This document shows positions 63,351-64,000 of a DNA stretch of 64,000 nt, piece after piece. The notes under the pieces were generated by a model. The model was not told the DNA's origin, did not search any database, and saw nothing but the letters and a program-made list of their open reading frames with translations. Each line of letters begins with the position of its first letter. Position 1 is the stretch's first letter. The translations under genes were made by a program, and so were the position numbers. Location: positions 12,484,478 through 12,548,477 of the forward strand of contig JARDVH010000097.1 in assembly GCA_030324005.1 (NCBI GenBank). The letters are read 5' to 3'. Source of the stretch: Negaprion brevirostris. Taxonomy: Eukaryota.

Positions 63351-63843
63351 TGCTGCAGCTATTTCAATGAACCCTGGGCCATTGTGTTCCCACTTTAATT
63401 GCACTGTCTTAAAATTATGCAAGTTTAATGAACTCTTATACTTTCAGAGCTGTAAGTGTGAACATTTGGTAGAACAAATCACTTTGAGGTTGTTTATTTG
63501 CATCAGGAAATAATACATTCCTGGAAGGCTGTAATCCTATCCATTTGTGAGACTTAACCACAACAAAGTATTCTTGGAATACAGATGAACGCTTCAAGTA
63601 ACTGCTTATAGAATTTGGTGCAACTGCTTGCCATCAGCGTGATTAAGGCTCTTGTGAAATGAAAAAGCCAGCAACTAACTGCATGCAGTTTACCAGAATG
63701 AAGTTACTCCATGGCGTTATCCAAGTTGTGGTTATAATGATTGTAATTTTGTCTGGCAATGTTCGTACGTGCACTTGCAATTCTTTGTTTTGCGGCTGAG
63801 GTTAACTTGATAGTTAATGCGTTTTGTATTGTTTTTGCTTTAG

Positions 63844-63900
63844 CATCTGAGCCCCTTAGCCTGAGAAACTTTAAAAGACGGTCCCAGTTTTTTGAGCAAG
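63844..63900 (+). CDS. LMO7: LMO7 exon (A)SEPLSLRNFKRRSQFFEQ(G)
   Basis: T-rich tract with ttAG acceptor and GTAAAA donor. Resembles recalled ASESISLKNLKRRSQFFEQG. Confidence 0.92.
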
Positions 63901-64000
63901 GTAAAACAAAATTTAACATGCTTACGTTTTGTGGGGTTATCATCCAGGCTTATGTGGGGTTACCAAATGGGCTCCCGAGTTATGTTGACTATCTGCTCTG

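Noticed and set aside
16276-63900. Assignment to the paralogue LIMCH1
   Set aside because: The PDZ domain and the YWLGR...LNLKAFE and RRSWASP motifs indicate LMO7; LIMCH1 lacks PDZ.
1-64000. Prokaryotic-type systems (CRISPR arrays, operons, tRNA/rRNA genes)
   Set aside because: No regularly spaced repeats or long intronless ORFs; the tRNA-like boxes belong to SINE heads.

Overview
Vertebrate genomic DNA, most likely from a shark (inferred from HE1/V-SINE-like, DeuSINE-like and CR1-like repeats). The window appears to lie entirely inside one + strand gene, LMO7 (LIM domain only 7). I can trace 18 internal coding exons (16276-63900) with canonical AG/GT boundaries and mutually consistent phases. 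They run from the end of the calponin-homology domain through the DUF4757-like region, a block of five frame-symmetric cassette exons carrying a repeated DD(M/L/V)xxR(R/K) motif, and the PDZ domain, to the SLRNFKRRSQFFEQ exon. The N-terminal CH exons and the C-terminal LIM exons were not found in the window. Introns are dense in tRNA-derived SINEs, CR1/L2/Rex1/Tx1 LINE fragments, MITE-like palindromes and a probable solo LTR. The most notable non-coding signals are (1) a family of short, often fold-back Penelope-like elements with a minimal hammerhead-ribozyme core, (2) a U2-snRNA-derived sequence directly after the poly(A) end of a Tx1-like LINE, and (3) an inverted duplication at 9.7-10.8 kb with ~210-bp arms. 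Gene and repeat names come from recalled family sequences, not from a search. Repeat boundaries are approximate.
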